Assembly: GCA_951406725.2 (NCBI GenBank)
Contig: OX597826.1
Location: forward strand, 20,460,001 to 20,524,000
DNA length: 64,000 bases
Direction of reading: 5' to 3'
Source of the DNA: Octopus vulgaris
Lineage: Eukaryota
Shown here: in pieces, positions 1 through 14,422 of the stretch
Position numbering within the stretch: the stretch's first letter is position 1
Layout of the letters: each line of letters begins with the position of its first letter
Notes under the pieces: generated by a model
What the model saw: only the letters and a program-made list of their open reading frames with translations
The model's database searches: none
Told to the model about the DNA's origin: nothing
Program-made: the position numbers and the translations under genes

Positions 1-1868
1 ACATCAGGCGCAGCAAGCAGTATATGTTACTTGTTATCAGTAAACAGTATATGGCATCCGGTATATTCTTCTCATAAAAACACTTGGCTTTGTGCTTTGT
101 AAAATTCACTATTCAATTTAATTAAACAAATCAATGCATGTATATTAATCGAATGAAAATAAATATTTAAAATTTGTTTTAGAAATTATTTAACAGCAAA
201 ATAGAAACGAAGTTTTAATTGTAGAATGCAGTTGTAAGTTTAGTGGGGGAAATAATTGTTATATTGTAGATTGCCAAAAATGTAAGAATCTGTGGAAATG
301 AAATAAGTTGCGAAATATAGAGTTAAAGCAATACTCTCGTAAAACACTTCGATATTTCTAAGTCCACAGATAAATGCAACCGAGGTTTTATATAAAAACA
401 GATTTGATTAAGTTTCGTTATCATTGTAATGTTTGTCGGTTCTCATCGAGTATTGAATTGGTTCGAAAGAAATCAAAATAAAAAATAAAAATAAAGGGGA
501 AAATGTGGTAAAAATAATTAACAACTTTTAAATGGAAGCAAATAGATAAAACTTGTGACTAAAGTATATCAGAAGAGTATCAGGATGAAGATTACAATGG
601 TTACAGGTTACATGGTTAAGATGTTCACTTTGCAACCATTTCATTCTGGGTTCGATACCAAGATGCAGCATCTGGCATTATCTGGGTCTGATTAATACTT
701 TGGTAGTGGAATTTAGTTGATAGAATCTATGTATGTTTGTGTAAATCGCAGTAAATTCCTTGGGGTATTTTGGTCCGTAATGATAGGTTGCTGTGTCAGG
801 ACGGAAATACCTAAATTAAAAAGCCTAATAGACATAGATCACTAAAATAAATACCCGCACAGAAACCATTTGATTAAACCCAATGAAAGCGGTGCTCCAG
901 CATGGTCGTAGTCCAATGACCGAAAAAAAACCCCATATGAGTACAAAAAAATGTGTCGTAGCGTTTCCCTGCTTGAGTCCAGTGTCTGCCAGATGCGACC
1001 AAAATGTTACTCCAATTGCTCTGCCACCCAGTCTAACATAAGAGTTCTATTCTTGATAAACGGAAAGCCTAGGTTCCCAACGCAAGGAGGACGGTGAAAG
1101 GAGGTGTAATTTGAACTCAGACTGCAAAGAGTCGCAACACATACCAAAAGACATCCCAAATAATTGTTGGAGATGAATATTTGGTGGAATTATTTGAGCG
1201 ATCGATGCTCGCATAACCGGTGGCCATCTCTCAATACATATTGAAATGTTACTGATATTAAATTTGGAATTTCCACAAATACCACGAGCTCTATGTCATC
1301 TATTTATTAGTACCAGTGACATATTGGGGTGGTTGTTTTTAATCACAGATAATCCTGCTGAACAACATACTGCTGTGGCACAAAATATTACACATTATTA
1401 AACAAACTACTTCTCTATAAAATACATCCACACGAACAAAGCTCCATCATTGGATTTTTGGTAGATGTGTAGTCCTTCACAACCTTAACACAGTCGTCAA
1501 TAGTTGCTGCTATTGTTGTTTAGCTTTTGGTCATTCCTGGTCGAGAGAATCTTTAATAAAACATGTTCAATCCGTGACCACTTCGTGCTTTATTCGGACA
1601 TTGAATATGTAGAGCTATATTAGCAAACGTTATCTCATGTTTTTTGTAACTTGAGGGATACTTATGTGCTATTTCTAACAAAATCTAGCTACTCCATCTT
1701 CATGAGCTTCCTCATTGGTCCGTTAGGCACCAGTTAATATCCACTGATGTATATTTCACATATACAATGGAAAATAAAATATATTTGTTTTATCTGAGGT
1801 TGGTATCCAAAACTTAAAATGTAAATCATTAGATCTTAAAATGTGTCTTGGGCTTTACCAGAAACATG

Positions 1869-2094
1869 AGGTAAATTATTGGCTGTACCTGTACAGCAGG
1901 TAAATAATTATCTGTGCCTGTAATAGTAGGGAAAATAACTGGCTTTACCTGAAATGGGTAACTTATTGGTTGTACTTGAAACAAGTAACTAATTGGATGA
2001 AACTTATATACAAGGTAAAAATATTTGCTGTATTTAAAATATATGGTAAAAAGAGGTTTTACCCGAAACAGAAAGTAACTTACTGGCTGTGCCT
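1869..2094. repeat. Degenerate array of 8 palindromic units (AGGTA-N11-13-TACCT, period 27-31 bp)
   Basis: Units start at 1869, 1898, 1928, 1956, 1983, 2013, 2044, 2073, e.g. AGGTA-aattattggctg-TACCT and AGGTA-aataattatctg-TGCCT. Confidence 0.65.
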
Positions 2095-2544
2095 GATGCT
2101 GCGTATGAAACATCGGTTCTAGTATTAGCGAATGGTTTACAGCTGAGTTTTATTTATCGTAGCGTTAGTGAAATCAGATTCATTTGTTTGACTTTTCAAT
2201 AACCAGAACTGTCCATTAATCGGTTGTCAGTCCTATTGATCTCAATGGAGAGATCAATCTATTATACATCCTCTGTACATGGCTGGCACTCTGTTTTAGT
2301 TATCCCCAAAGAGTGATCATGGAAATTGATCTTGACAGAATTTGAAACTAAATACGGAAAGACACGACCGATTCTGTAACGATTTTGCTAATCCACCGAC
2401 TATAGTCAAATAAAAAGGTTCAAAACTCTGTATATCAATATATGAAACAGAGACTACACATGTGCACAGACATAGAAATATAGTTCTGGGTTCGATTCCG
2501 TATGAAAGAGAGTGGTAGACAAAGCTTGTGCGAAAGGCCGTCAT

Positions 2545-3132
<588 letters not shown>

Positions 3133-3595
3133 TATTACTAGAAAGTAGTACTTAGCCATACAAAAATATATAATATTAATTGGTTAATTTACGATACTTT
3201 AGATTTTTAATTAAATTCTTAGCCGTACGATACACAATTATAATTGTAATTGAAATTTTGAAATTTAGTTTAAATGTAACGTCAAATATTTAAGAATAAT
3301 AATATAAATAATAGATTTTAAATAATATAAAACGTAACTCTTATGTCTCCCCAAAATATTCGAATTGAGAGCCTAAAGAAGTAACTTACTAGATTGGTTG
3401 TTTGCGATAATGCATAGATTGAATAAGATAAGCAACGTTTTGAACCATGAAGAAATTGTACCGAATTTTTGCAGAGTTTTGAATTTTTTTAAAACATATT
3501 TTTGCAATTGTCTGATAATACAGACACAGTCTTACCCAAGATGCATCAATAAATTAACATTAATATTTTTTTCGCCGTTGTTACAATCATCTGAA

Positions 3596-4110
3596 ATGGA
3601 ACTGTCAAAGCACGATATTCGACCAATTTTGCTATTCAACTTCAAGAAAGGACGAAAGCAGCTGAAACTGCTCGCGATATTGGTGAGGAAATGACCAGTG
3701 AATGGTCAGTGCGAAAATGGTTTAAATGATTTCGCAGTGGAAACCTGAGCCTTGAAGAACGAGAGCGTAGTGGATGCCCATCTGTCATCAATGACGGTCA
3801 ATTAAAGACGGTCATTGAGAAAGATCCATGTAAAACCACTGAGAACTGGCAAAAGAACTTCAAATTCGCCTGTAAACTGCCTGCAACAATTTGCATGCGA
3901 TCGGAAAATCAAAAAAGGCTCGACAAATGGGTACCACACGATTTGAATGAAAATCAGAAAATGCGCAGATATGAAATTTGCTCGTCGCTTCTTCTCCGTA
4001 ACCAGACCGACCCATTTCTTGACCGTATTATAACTTGCGATGAAAAGTGGATTCTATACAATAATAAAACACGTTCGTCGCAGTGCTTGGACCAAAATGA
4101 AACACCGAAA
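3596..4110 (+). pseudogene. Mariner transposase relic (N-terminal HTH to first catalytic D), truncated by microsatellite
   Basis: MELSKHDIRPILLFNFKKG..., WVPHDL and FLDRIITCDEKWILYNN motifs; frameshifts and stops. Confidence 0.93.
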
Positions 4111-4190
4111 TATATATATGGTTACACATGTATGTATGTATGTATGTATGTATGTATGTATGTATGTATGTATGTATGTATGTATGTATG

Positions 4191-4246
<56 letters not shown>

Positions 4247-4553
4247 AATCTATCTATTCTTTTCTGTCATACCTTTGCTTTATACGTTTCAGCCTTAAGG
4301 TTGTGGCTATGCTGAGGCACCGCCAGTCTAATCGCCTTTTCAATGACCAATCTTATGTGATTGGTTTTTTTGGTGGAGCAAGGAGTTCGACGCTGCTGCT
4401 GTCCTTTGAGTTTCCTGCCATGATATTGGTTCATCTCAGGTCTTTACTCGAATCAGCTCTGGGAACCAAAGAATCACTGTAACATGAAACATCATTGTCT
4501 GGGTGATGCTATTAAGTTAGCCAAGGCCTGGGCCAATTCTGGCTGAAACCTAA

Positions 4554-4622
<69 letters not shown>

Positions 4623-4626
<4 letters not shown>

Positions 4627-6660
4627 AATAAAATATATGCATATATATAAACATATATGTACGTACCTACCTCAACATGTACATATACACGCATATATGT
4701 GTACAGGACACCAAAAAGACGTCGAACACATAGAGAGACGAAAAACATAGACACAAACCAAGGAACAAGACAGGCAAAAAAAGGAGATACAGGACAATAA
4801 GCACAACGAAAAATCCCCTTCTTCAGTCGCTAAAGTTTCATCTACTAAACGTTTCGAAGGATAAAAGCGAGACGTATACTTCGAATGAAAAATTCCTTCC
4901 TGCGAAAAGCAAATCAATTAAAATTCTGAGATCTTGTCGCAGAGGGGTAAAAAAAAGCAAGACGGTAACGACAGTACAAACATATAAACAGTAAAAAATA
5001 TATATATAAACAGTGGAAAAATAAATATATAACAGTGAGAGACAGGACAAGGAGAACAAGATAAGAAGGGCTGTTAACGCCAGACGAAAAAAGTATTGCA
5101 AACGCTGGATTATAGTGGACGACGAGAGAGGAAGATGTCGACCAGTGGCCTTAGAAGGCGGGCGAGAAAGGACGGGATAGCAGTTACGACGGAAGTACGT
5201 CGCAGATGGACGACGGGAATGGGGGAGGAGGAGCAAGAGGAAGAGAGAGAAGAAGGGGAATGGTGCGAGGAGACCATGAAGAACAGTGAGGGGGAGAGAG
5301 AGAGGAAGAGACAAGTTAAGTGAGGGAAAAAAGACGAAAAAGGGAATGGGAGAGAAAGAAAGAAAGATGCAGAGTCGCGTGAGAGTTAATATCAAGGCGA
5401 ACTTGATAAACAGAACAATCTTACTTAATAGGGTGCGTGCGTTTAGTCGTATAATATGTTAATAAAATATATGCATATATATAAACATATATGTACGTAC
5501 CTACCTCTACATGTACATATACACGCATATATGTGTACAGGACACCAAAAAGACGTCGAACACATAGAGAGACGAAAAACATAGACACAAACCAAGGAAC
5601 AAGACAGGCAAAAAAAAAGGAGATACAGGACAATAAGCACAACGAAAAATCCCCTTCTTCAGTCGCTAAAGTTTCATCTACTAAACGTTTCGAAGGATAA
5701 AAGCGAGACGTATACTTCGAATGAAAAATTCCTTCCTGCGAAAAGCAAATCAATTAAAATTCTGAGATCTTGTCGCAGAGGGGTAAAAAAAGCAAGACGG
5801 TAACGACAGTACAAACATATAAACAGTAAAAAATATATATATAAACAGTGGAAAAATAAATATATAACAGTGAGAGACAGGACAAGGAGAACAAGATAAG
5901 AAGGGCTGTTAACGCCAGACGAAAAAAGTATTGCAAACGCTGGATTATAGTGGACGACGAGAGAGGAAGATGTCGACCAGTGGCCTTAGAAGGCGGGCGA
6001 GAAAGGACGGGATAGCAGTTACGACGGAAGTACGTCGCAGATGGACGACGGGAATGGGGGAGGAGGAGCAAGAGGAAGAGAGAGAAGAAGGGGAATGGTG
6101 CGAGGAGACCATGAAGAACAGTGAGGGGGAGAGAGAGAGGAAGAGACAAGTTAAGTGAGGGAAAAAAGACGAAAAAGGGAATGGGAGAGAAAGAAAGAAA
6201 GATGCAGAGTCGCGTGAGAGTTAATATCAAGGCGAACTTGATAAACAGAACAATCTTACTTAATAGGGTGCGTGCGTTTAGTCGTATAATATGTTAATAA
6301 AATATATGCATATATATAAACATATATGTACGTACCTACCTCTACATGTACATATACACGCATATATGTGTACAGGACACCAAAAAGACGTCGAACACAT
6401 AGAGAGACGAAAAACATAGACACAAACCAAGGAACAAGACAGGCAAAAAAAGGAGATACAGGACAATAAGCACAACGAAAAATCCCCTTCTTCAGTCGCT
6501 AAAGTTTCATCTACTAAACGTTTCGAAGGATAAAAGCGAGACGTATACTTCGAATGAAAAATTCCTTCCTGCGAAAAGCAAATCAATTAAAATTCTGAGA
6601 TCTTGTCGCAGAGGGGTAAAAAAAAGCAAGACGGTAACGACAGTACAAACATATAAACAG

Positions 6661-6662
<2 letters not shown>
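4623..6662 (-). mobile_element. Head-to-tail tandem of an ~835-bp non-coding unit (about 2.4 copies) in (TA)n; PLE/retrozyme-like
   Basis: Near-identical units start at 4623, 5457 and 6292; (TA)n on both sides; same family in reverse orientation at 32809-34145. Confidence 0.85.
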
Positions 6663-6708
<46 letters not shown>

Positions 6709-6862
6709 AAATAAATATAAGAGAGTGGTCACTATATGGCTCACTCTAGCACCAGTTAATCCAAAAGGTTTCAACCACAAAAATACATGTTTCCCATGAA
6801 AGTCAGTACGATTGTTAGCTCACACGGACAGGGCAAATAAAAAATAACAAAAATACAGATTA

Positions 6863-6944
6863 TTTTGGGACAATTGTTTCGCTATTAATGAATTAAATGT
6901 AATTTTACTTACAAAAAAATCCACTTGTAGCTCCTCAGCCAAAA
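6863..6944 (-). ncRNA. Type I hammerhead ribozyme, canonical core
   Basis: Minus strand: UUUUGG-CUGAGGA-GCUA-(43 nt)-UAGC-GAAA-CAAUUG-UC^-CCAAAA; palindromic stem III (ACAAUUGU). Confidence 0.88.
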
Positions 6945-7036
6945 CTATCTGGATGAAATCCACTTGGTGTAGAATAGATATACTATTAAATTAGTATCTA
7001 ATTCTCTCACCCTCATTAATTAATTATATATATATG

Positions 7037-7072
<36 letters not shown>

Positions 7073-7189
7073 TGTATGTATGTATGTATGTATGTATGTA
7101 TGTATGTATGTATGTATGTATACACACTTAGCCGCACATATATGCAAGTATGTAGATGTATATGGATATGTTTCTTATTAAAGATTCAA

Positions 7190-7340
7190 AAACATCACAA
7201 AGAAACTGCTACTCAGAGTTTCACGTTCCCGTTCGTCAAACAGTTGTGATTAAGAATCTGCTGGCACGCAGATACCTGCAGGCGAAAATCCACTGTAACA
7301 ACAGCTGTAATTCACTCTGTAACTATCAGGTGAATTATCT
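7190..7340 (-). mobile_element. Short element abutting (TATC)n; second copy about 9300-9440
   Basis: Shared GATACCTGCAG...TGTAACAACAGCTGTAATTCACTCTGTAACTA.AGGTGAATTATCTATC junction in both copies. Confidence 0.7.
7204..7245 (-). ncRNA. Type I hammerhead motif with C3U variant
   Basis: Minus strand: AACUGU-UUGACGA-ACG-GGAA-CGU-GAAA-CUCUGAG-UA^-GCAGUU. Confidence 0.75.
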
Positions 7341-7347
7341 ATCTAGC

Positions 7348-7430
<83 letters not shown>

Positions 7431-7587
7431 AAGCATATATTCATATATACATGTGTATGTGTATATATATATGTATATATATGTATATATATATATATAT
7501 ATATATGCATATGTATATATATATATGTGTATGTATATAAATATAGATGTATACATATATATTCATACACACATACACGCACGCACG

Positions 7588-7642
<55 letters not shown>

Positions 7643-8044
7643 ACACACACGTCGATAATGGTCAGGCGGTCGGATAAAAATCTTTATGGTATTTGTTGCT
7701 GTTCTCCGTACTTTGAATTAAAATCAAACCGAAGTCACCTTGACTTTTCGTCTGTCCCCAGTCGATAATTAAAATCCCACCTCAGGGTGATGAATTGGCC
7801 GAATTTTCGGGTCATTAAGCGTGAGTTGATGAGAATCATCTAATATCCAGAGGGAGTGTCTCAACATTTAGAGGGAAATGTATCTCGATATAGGTATCAA
7901 TGAGCGACTGATAGGACAAAATTGGTTTAAAAACATCTCAACTTCTCTCTTTAAGTATGTTAAAGGCGCGAACATGCATACATAATACATACATACATAC
8001 ATACATACATACATACATACATACATACATACATACATACATGG

Positions 8045-8590
8045 TGGCTGCCTCCTCGTTATCGAGTATGGCCATTGCACGAAGCTTAATCAATGTTGTT
8101 ATCGGGCAGTGCCTGTGCAAGAAGATTTTTTAAAGTGAGGAAAGGCTGAGCACTGAGTCAATCCCACAAACTAAGCAATAGCAGCCATAATCCGAAAAGA
8201 AGAACAAGTCAACATCATCGGTAACCACTGAGCCGCAGATGTGATGTCGGAGTTATCCCAGTTACCCGAGTTGCCTTCTCCTAGAAGGATGCCCTGACAA
8301 AGGCTCGGAGTCCATCACTCTCAATGGTTTAACCGTGCGATCGGGTATTCAGTCCGATTATGTCTATATCCCCGCGCATGATACAGCCTTAAGACATTTA
8401 TTGGATGGCCGTTGACTCTCAAGAGCTCCTCCGCCCTTTGACAGGTTTTGTTTTTCATCCCACTGGGTGTCCAATAAACACTCTCCACACCAAGCAAGGT
8501 TGGTGGGGTTGCCGGTTTAGTCGCCGACGACCCGACCATGCAACAAGTTGTACTGGGTTACATGTTACCAGTAGCACTCGAAAGTGACAT
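8045..8590 (-). mobile_element. Unclassified repeat, possibly the 5' UTR of an RTE-like LINE
   Basis: GC-richer block between (ACAT)n tracts; minus-strand CTAGGAGAAGGCAACTC resembles LINE 5' UTR motifs as I recall them; no ORF. Confidence 0.35.
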
Positions 8591-8786
8591 GACATACATA
8601 CCTACATACATACCTATATACATACACACATACATACATAATACATACATACATACATACATACATGCATGCATGCATGCATACATACATACATACATAC
8701 ATACATACATACATACATGTCAGGGCGCGAATATACATACACGTACTTCATGTGTGAATGAGTGTGTGCATGTGTGTGTGTGTGTT

Positions 8787-9113
8787 TGGCTCAGTTGTTA
8801 GACCGTCAGGCTTACAGTTGTGAGATTGTGAGTTCGATTCCGGGGCTAGAACGTTAGTTGTGTTCTTAATCCAGACACTTTATTTCACGTTGCTCCAGTT
8901 CACTCAGCTGTAAAAATGAGTTGCGACGTCACTGGTTCCAAGCAGTATCGGCCCCCTTTGCCTTTCCTTTGGATAACAACGGTGGCGTGGAGAGGAGAGG
9001 CTGGTATACATGGGTGACTGCTGGCCTTCCATGAACAACCTTGTCTGAACTTGTGCCTCGGAGGGTAACTTTCTAGGAATAATCCCATGGTCATTCATGA
9101 CCAAAGGGGGTCC

Positions 9114-9116
<3 letters not shown>
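8787..9116 (+). mobile_element. tRNA-derived CORE-like SINE, full head
   Basis: A-box TGGCTCAGTTG, B-box GTTCGATTCC; body matches 2770-3065. Confidence 0.85.
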
Positions 9117-9190
<74 letters not shown>

Positions 9191-9435
9191 AGATCATACT
9201 CAAACACACATATTAGTTCAAAGTTTATAATAAAAGAGAGAAAAGTACTCAATACATTTCGTAGAGTACATTTCTAATTTTTTCAATTAATATCTTGTAG
9301 TGGCTATTGCGAGTTTCAACGTCTATAAAGATTGTGTTCTGGTGGCTGATACATAATGTCTTCTGAACGATACCTGCAGACACGCAAACATTCTTTGTAA
9401 CAACAGCTGTAATTCACTCTGTAACTACAAGGTGA

Positions 9436-9553
<118 letters not shown>

Positions 9554-9776
9554 CCTGTTAGTATGTATGTTTGGGTATATATAAAAGCCACTTCGACATT
9601 CAACTAAAGGGTTGCTCATTGGATTTTCTTAGAGTACGTATTTGTTATTTTTCACAAGAAAAACATTAAATGTGACTTTGAAGCCCTAACTTCGAAGTCA
9701 CTGTCATACTTTTCCTTCGTAATATCTATGTGTACTAGGAGAAACACGTGTATGTATGTGTGTGTGTGTATGTATA

Positions 9777-9850
<74 letters not shown>

Positions 9851-9885
9851 CGCAGGAGTGGCTGTGTGGTAAGTAGCTTGCTAAC

Positions 9886-12136
9886 ACACATGCGCAGTTA
9901 GTCAGTTGCTTCCTGTTGAGCCAGAGTGGACGTGAGTAACCAGCTCCGTCCAATTATAGAAAAAAAGACCAAAAACGGAAAGTTGTCGAGGTGAGTGATT
10001 TTGTTTATTGTGAGTTGGGCATAATTTATTACGTGCCAATTATTATTTCAGTAAGTTGTGTCCAACTCTGAGACAATTTCGCCTGCTCTCGGCGGCTGCC
10101 GTTTTTGTGTTTATTGAAAAAAAACAATGGAGGGGCGTATCCTCGGAACCCAATACAGTTACTGTGCTGTGTTTGGGTTTGTTGAATTTATTCCCTTGTC
10201 AGAGTACTTCGCAAGGAAATTATAAAAATAAGCCACTACTGGATTACCTTTCGGACCCATTTTTGTGGAGGTTGTGTTACAATTGCGGCGTTCCAGGTTC
10301 AACTCAGGCCGGGAGTACCGTAAGGCCAGAAGATTTTTGCTGTGTTTTTTCTGTTTATTAACTTTCTTTTGAACTTCATTTAACTCCCCCTTTTGTTTTT
10401 TTTTGTTTATTGCGACTTTCCGTTGATTTCTTCCCTTCTGTTGTGCTTTCTCCTTTTTGTTTTTTCAGAAATCTATCAAATTTTATTTGGACTTTTGAAC
10501 TTTTTTCTTCTCGCTTTTTAAGTTTAATTTGAATATATTTAAAAAAAAAAAACAAAAAAAAACATGGCAATGAAAAATAACAAAATTTTGGAAAGGGAGA
10601 TCATACCGCCTAAAAAGTGGTTAAAAGACCGTGAAGATAGGACGGTGGTGTTGAGAACCTACTCCAGGGCACTCGACACCATCGCCCTATTCGAAAAGAC
10701 GGCAATTGAAAAGGAGTTGGCAGAGTATTTGCCAACAATTAAATTCATTTCCAAGGGTGTCAAATATGCAACGGTGTGGTTGCTATTTGACACCCCTGAA
10801 GAGGCTTGCAAATTTGCTAGCAAACCCCTGGAGAGTAAGGAAATTTTATTCCTGCCCACGTACCGAAAAAAGAGACTGACGAAAGCTTGGATTTGCGGGC
10901 TGCCACCTGGGATAGAACCCGAGTGGATAGAGGAGACTATCCGCCGGGGTCTGGGGGTAGCAGCGAAACTAAGCTCCTTAATGTAAAAGTTTGGTTTGGG
11001 TCAAAAGCAATTTTGACCCTTTGGACCCAATCAGCCAATCTGGTTCTTCCAGATTTTTTGAAAATGGCCGGGTGCAGGTACCCGGTGATGCTTGAGGGTC
11101 GCTCCCTAAGTGTCATCGGTGCTTGGAGTCCGGCCACATAAAGAAGAACTGTCCCCGGGAACAAAATAGGATCCCGGAACAGTTAAGTGAAACCCCTGTA
11201 GAAGAGGGAATGATAACGGCCGAGGAAGCAGAGGACTCCTCAAACAGAGGCCGAAAGAGGAAGGTGAGCAACAATGGGTGCTCACCAAAGGATACTAGGG
11301 ATGAGGAGGGAAAGGCGAATCTTCCGGCCACGGAGGAGACGCACCCTCCCTCAGTTGAAAAGAAAAAAAAGAAAAAGAGGAAGAGAAACGGGACATTACC
11401 GGCTGTCGGCGACATAGCACCGGAATGTCCCGGAACTACGTCGGTTGGGGTTGTGCCACCGACAGGAGAGGAAATACCGTTGGCGGGAACTGTGCCGCCA
11501 ACGAAAGAATTGAACGTATTGATCCTCTTCTATAGAGGCGGAGAAATTGAACAGGTGATGGAAAAGCACCACAAGGGAGCACCTTTAGCCTTCACACAGG
11601 ACCCCGAATGGCCTCCGCAGGTAGCTGTGGAGGCCGTGGCGTTCGACGTGACGCTTGGGCTGAAGGAGCTCAATGAGGATTATAGCTTGGACCCGGGCGA
11701 CGCTAACTCGGAACTCGATTACGTTCTGAGGGAGGCGTGGTGGATGGTGGAGGGCGCGGGCACAAGTTATTTCGAGGACGAGTCAAATTGTGATACGACT
11801 TGAGGGGCCCCGACCTAGAGCTGGCGCATTCCTAAGCCAGGTCTGAGAGGAGGGGCTTTGTGTATTGTATTTATACATGTAATTATTGAACTATGTTGTT
11901 ATTAGTAATGGACTGCTAAGTCCAAAAATTGAAAAATTGTAAGAGGTTTAATACCTCGTTTTGTGTTTGTTTTTAAAAGAACAATGTTTTAGAGAAGCAG
12001 AAGTCGGCGGGCGCTTTTTGTCTTCTCCCATCCCCATCATCTTTCTTTCATTATCATTCACTTCATTAATGTCCTCGTCCAGCCCGCAAAGCTAACTTAC
12101 TCTATGTACTGCCTTTATGGCAAATGTTATGAAATA
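9886..12136 (+). mobile_element. ORF1-only (HAL1-like) L1/Tx1-clade non-LTR element with 15-bp TSD
   Basis: TSD AAGTAGCTTGCTAAC at 9871-9885 and 12137-12151; about 680-bp 5' UTR, gag-like ORF, AATAAA at the 3' end, no ORF2. Confidence 0.8.
10564..11803 (+). pseudogene. Gag-like ORF1 (RRM-like region, CCHC zinc knuckle, basic/acidic tail), two -1 frameshifts
   Basis: Frames join near 10955 and 11102; ...YPVMLEGR/LPK-CHRCLESGHIKKNC is CX2CX4HX4C; KKKKKKRKR NLS-like run. Confidence 0.82.
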
Positions 12137-13066
12137 AAGTAGCTTGCTAACCAACCACATGGTTCCGGGTTCAGTCCCACTGCGTGGCATCTTGGGCAAG
12201 TGTCTTCTGCTATAGCCCCGGGCCGACTAATGCCTTGTGAGTGGATTTGGTAGACGGAAACTGAAAGAAGCCTGTCGTATATATGTATATATATATAAGT
12301 GTGTGTGTATATGTTTGTGTGTCTGTGTTTGTCCCCCTAGCATTGCTTGACAACCGATGCTGGTGTGTTTACGTCCCCGTCACTTAGCGATTCGGCAAAA
12401 GAGACCTATAGAATAAGTACTGGGCTTACAAAGAATAAGTCCCGGGGTCGATTTGCTCGACTAAAGGCGGTGCTCCAGCATGGCCGCAGTCAAATGACTG
12501 AAACAAGTAAAAGAGTAAAAGAGTAAAAGAGTATATATATATATATATATACACACACATACATATGTATATTTTGTATGAATGTATACGTGTGTGTAAC
12601 TTTATGAGTTGTTCCATTGTGAGAAAAAAATATTTTCTAAATAGTATTTGAAACGAAGAATAAAGTGCACAGCTTAATGACTGAAGATTGATAATAAGGA
12701 ATAAATGACCTGCATGTTTGATTGTTTTATAATGTTTGTTGTTGCTATTGTTGTTTGTTTGTTTGTTTGTTTGAACAGGCAACTGTTTTTCAGCATCTAT
12801 TTTCATTGAGTTTAATTGATTCAGCAGAGGAGAAAGTTACTTCCCTTCACCGAAGTCATCCATTAGAAGCCTCCGGGAGATTTCTAACTTTCTTGATTTC
12901 ACATATAATTGTTGTAAGCTGTTTATTTTATTTCTATCTGTTTTCGCAATTTTCGAAATAAATCAGGAAACGATCATAATAATAAATAATTTGGCAGAGA
13001 GAAAGAGAGAAAGAGAGAGAGAGTGAGAGAGAGAGAGTGAGAGAGAGAGAGAGTGAGAGAGAGAGT

Positions 13067-13112
<46 letters not shown>

Positions 13113-13195
13113 GAAGCAGACAGGTCGCTATTGATAGACAAACAGACTAACAGAAAGAAAGATGTATGTATCTATCTACCCTTACACACACACGA

Positions 13196-13258
<63 letters not shown>

Positions 13259-13351
13259 GCATGTATACATATATATATGCGTGTATTTATATACTTATAT
13301 GTATATATATATGTATATATACATATATATATATGCACATTAATATATATA

Positions 13352-13420
<69 letters not shown>

Positions 13421-13860
13421 TTAGATAGATAGATAGTGACTGACAAAGAGGGAAAGTGTGAGGGAAGAGAGATAAAGAGAGAGTGAGAGAGGGGAGGAGT
13501 AATTTATCTGAGATAAATATGGAAAGAAAAAAAAAAGAAAAAAATCTGTAAAGGAGTTGGTATTGGAAGAAGATGGAAAGAAAGAAGAAAGAAAGAAAAA
13601 CAATGAATAACAGGAAGAAACGTTAATAGATGCAAATGGGTTGGTTTCCATTTTCATCAACTTCTAATGAGTAGCTCTCTTATAATTAGTAAATCAACGT
13701 TATAATGTTTCCCGAATTACTTGCCCGTAGGTGGCGTTAGCGTATAATGAAACATTTGCAAATTTTCTGTAGAAGAGGAGTTCAATAACGGAAACAAACA
13801 AAATAATCAAACAATAAATAAAAAATAAAAAGATCCTAATTTTTTGTTTGTGGTTGCATT

Positions 13861-14422
<562 letters not shown>

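Larger units (their letters stand above)
9849..12530 (+). mobile_element. tRNA-derived SINE split by a 2.25-kb insertion (9849-9885 and 12137-12530)
   Basis: Head GGCGCAGGAGTGGCTGTGTGGTAAGTAGCTTGCTAAC resumes at 12137 with CAACCACATGGTTCCGGGTTCAGTCCC; (GTAAAAGA)n tail; other copies in the window. Confidence 0.9.

Noticed and set aside
1869-2094. CRISPR-like array or the 94-aa ORF 1829-2113
   Set aside because: Repeats are not identical, there are no unique spacers of CRISPR length, no cas genes, and the context is eukaryotic. The ORF only reflects the repeat.
4838-6230. Repeated 158-219 aa hydrophobic ORFs in the tandem unit (also 32819, 33484)
   Set aside because: They arise from pyrimidine-rich strand bias, frames break between copies at homopolymers, and there is no recognisable domain.
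8787-8865. tRNA gene
   Set aside because: A/B boxes are present but run into a SINE body, with no full cloverleaf.
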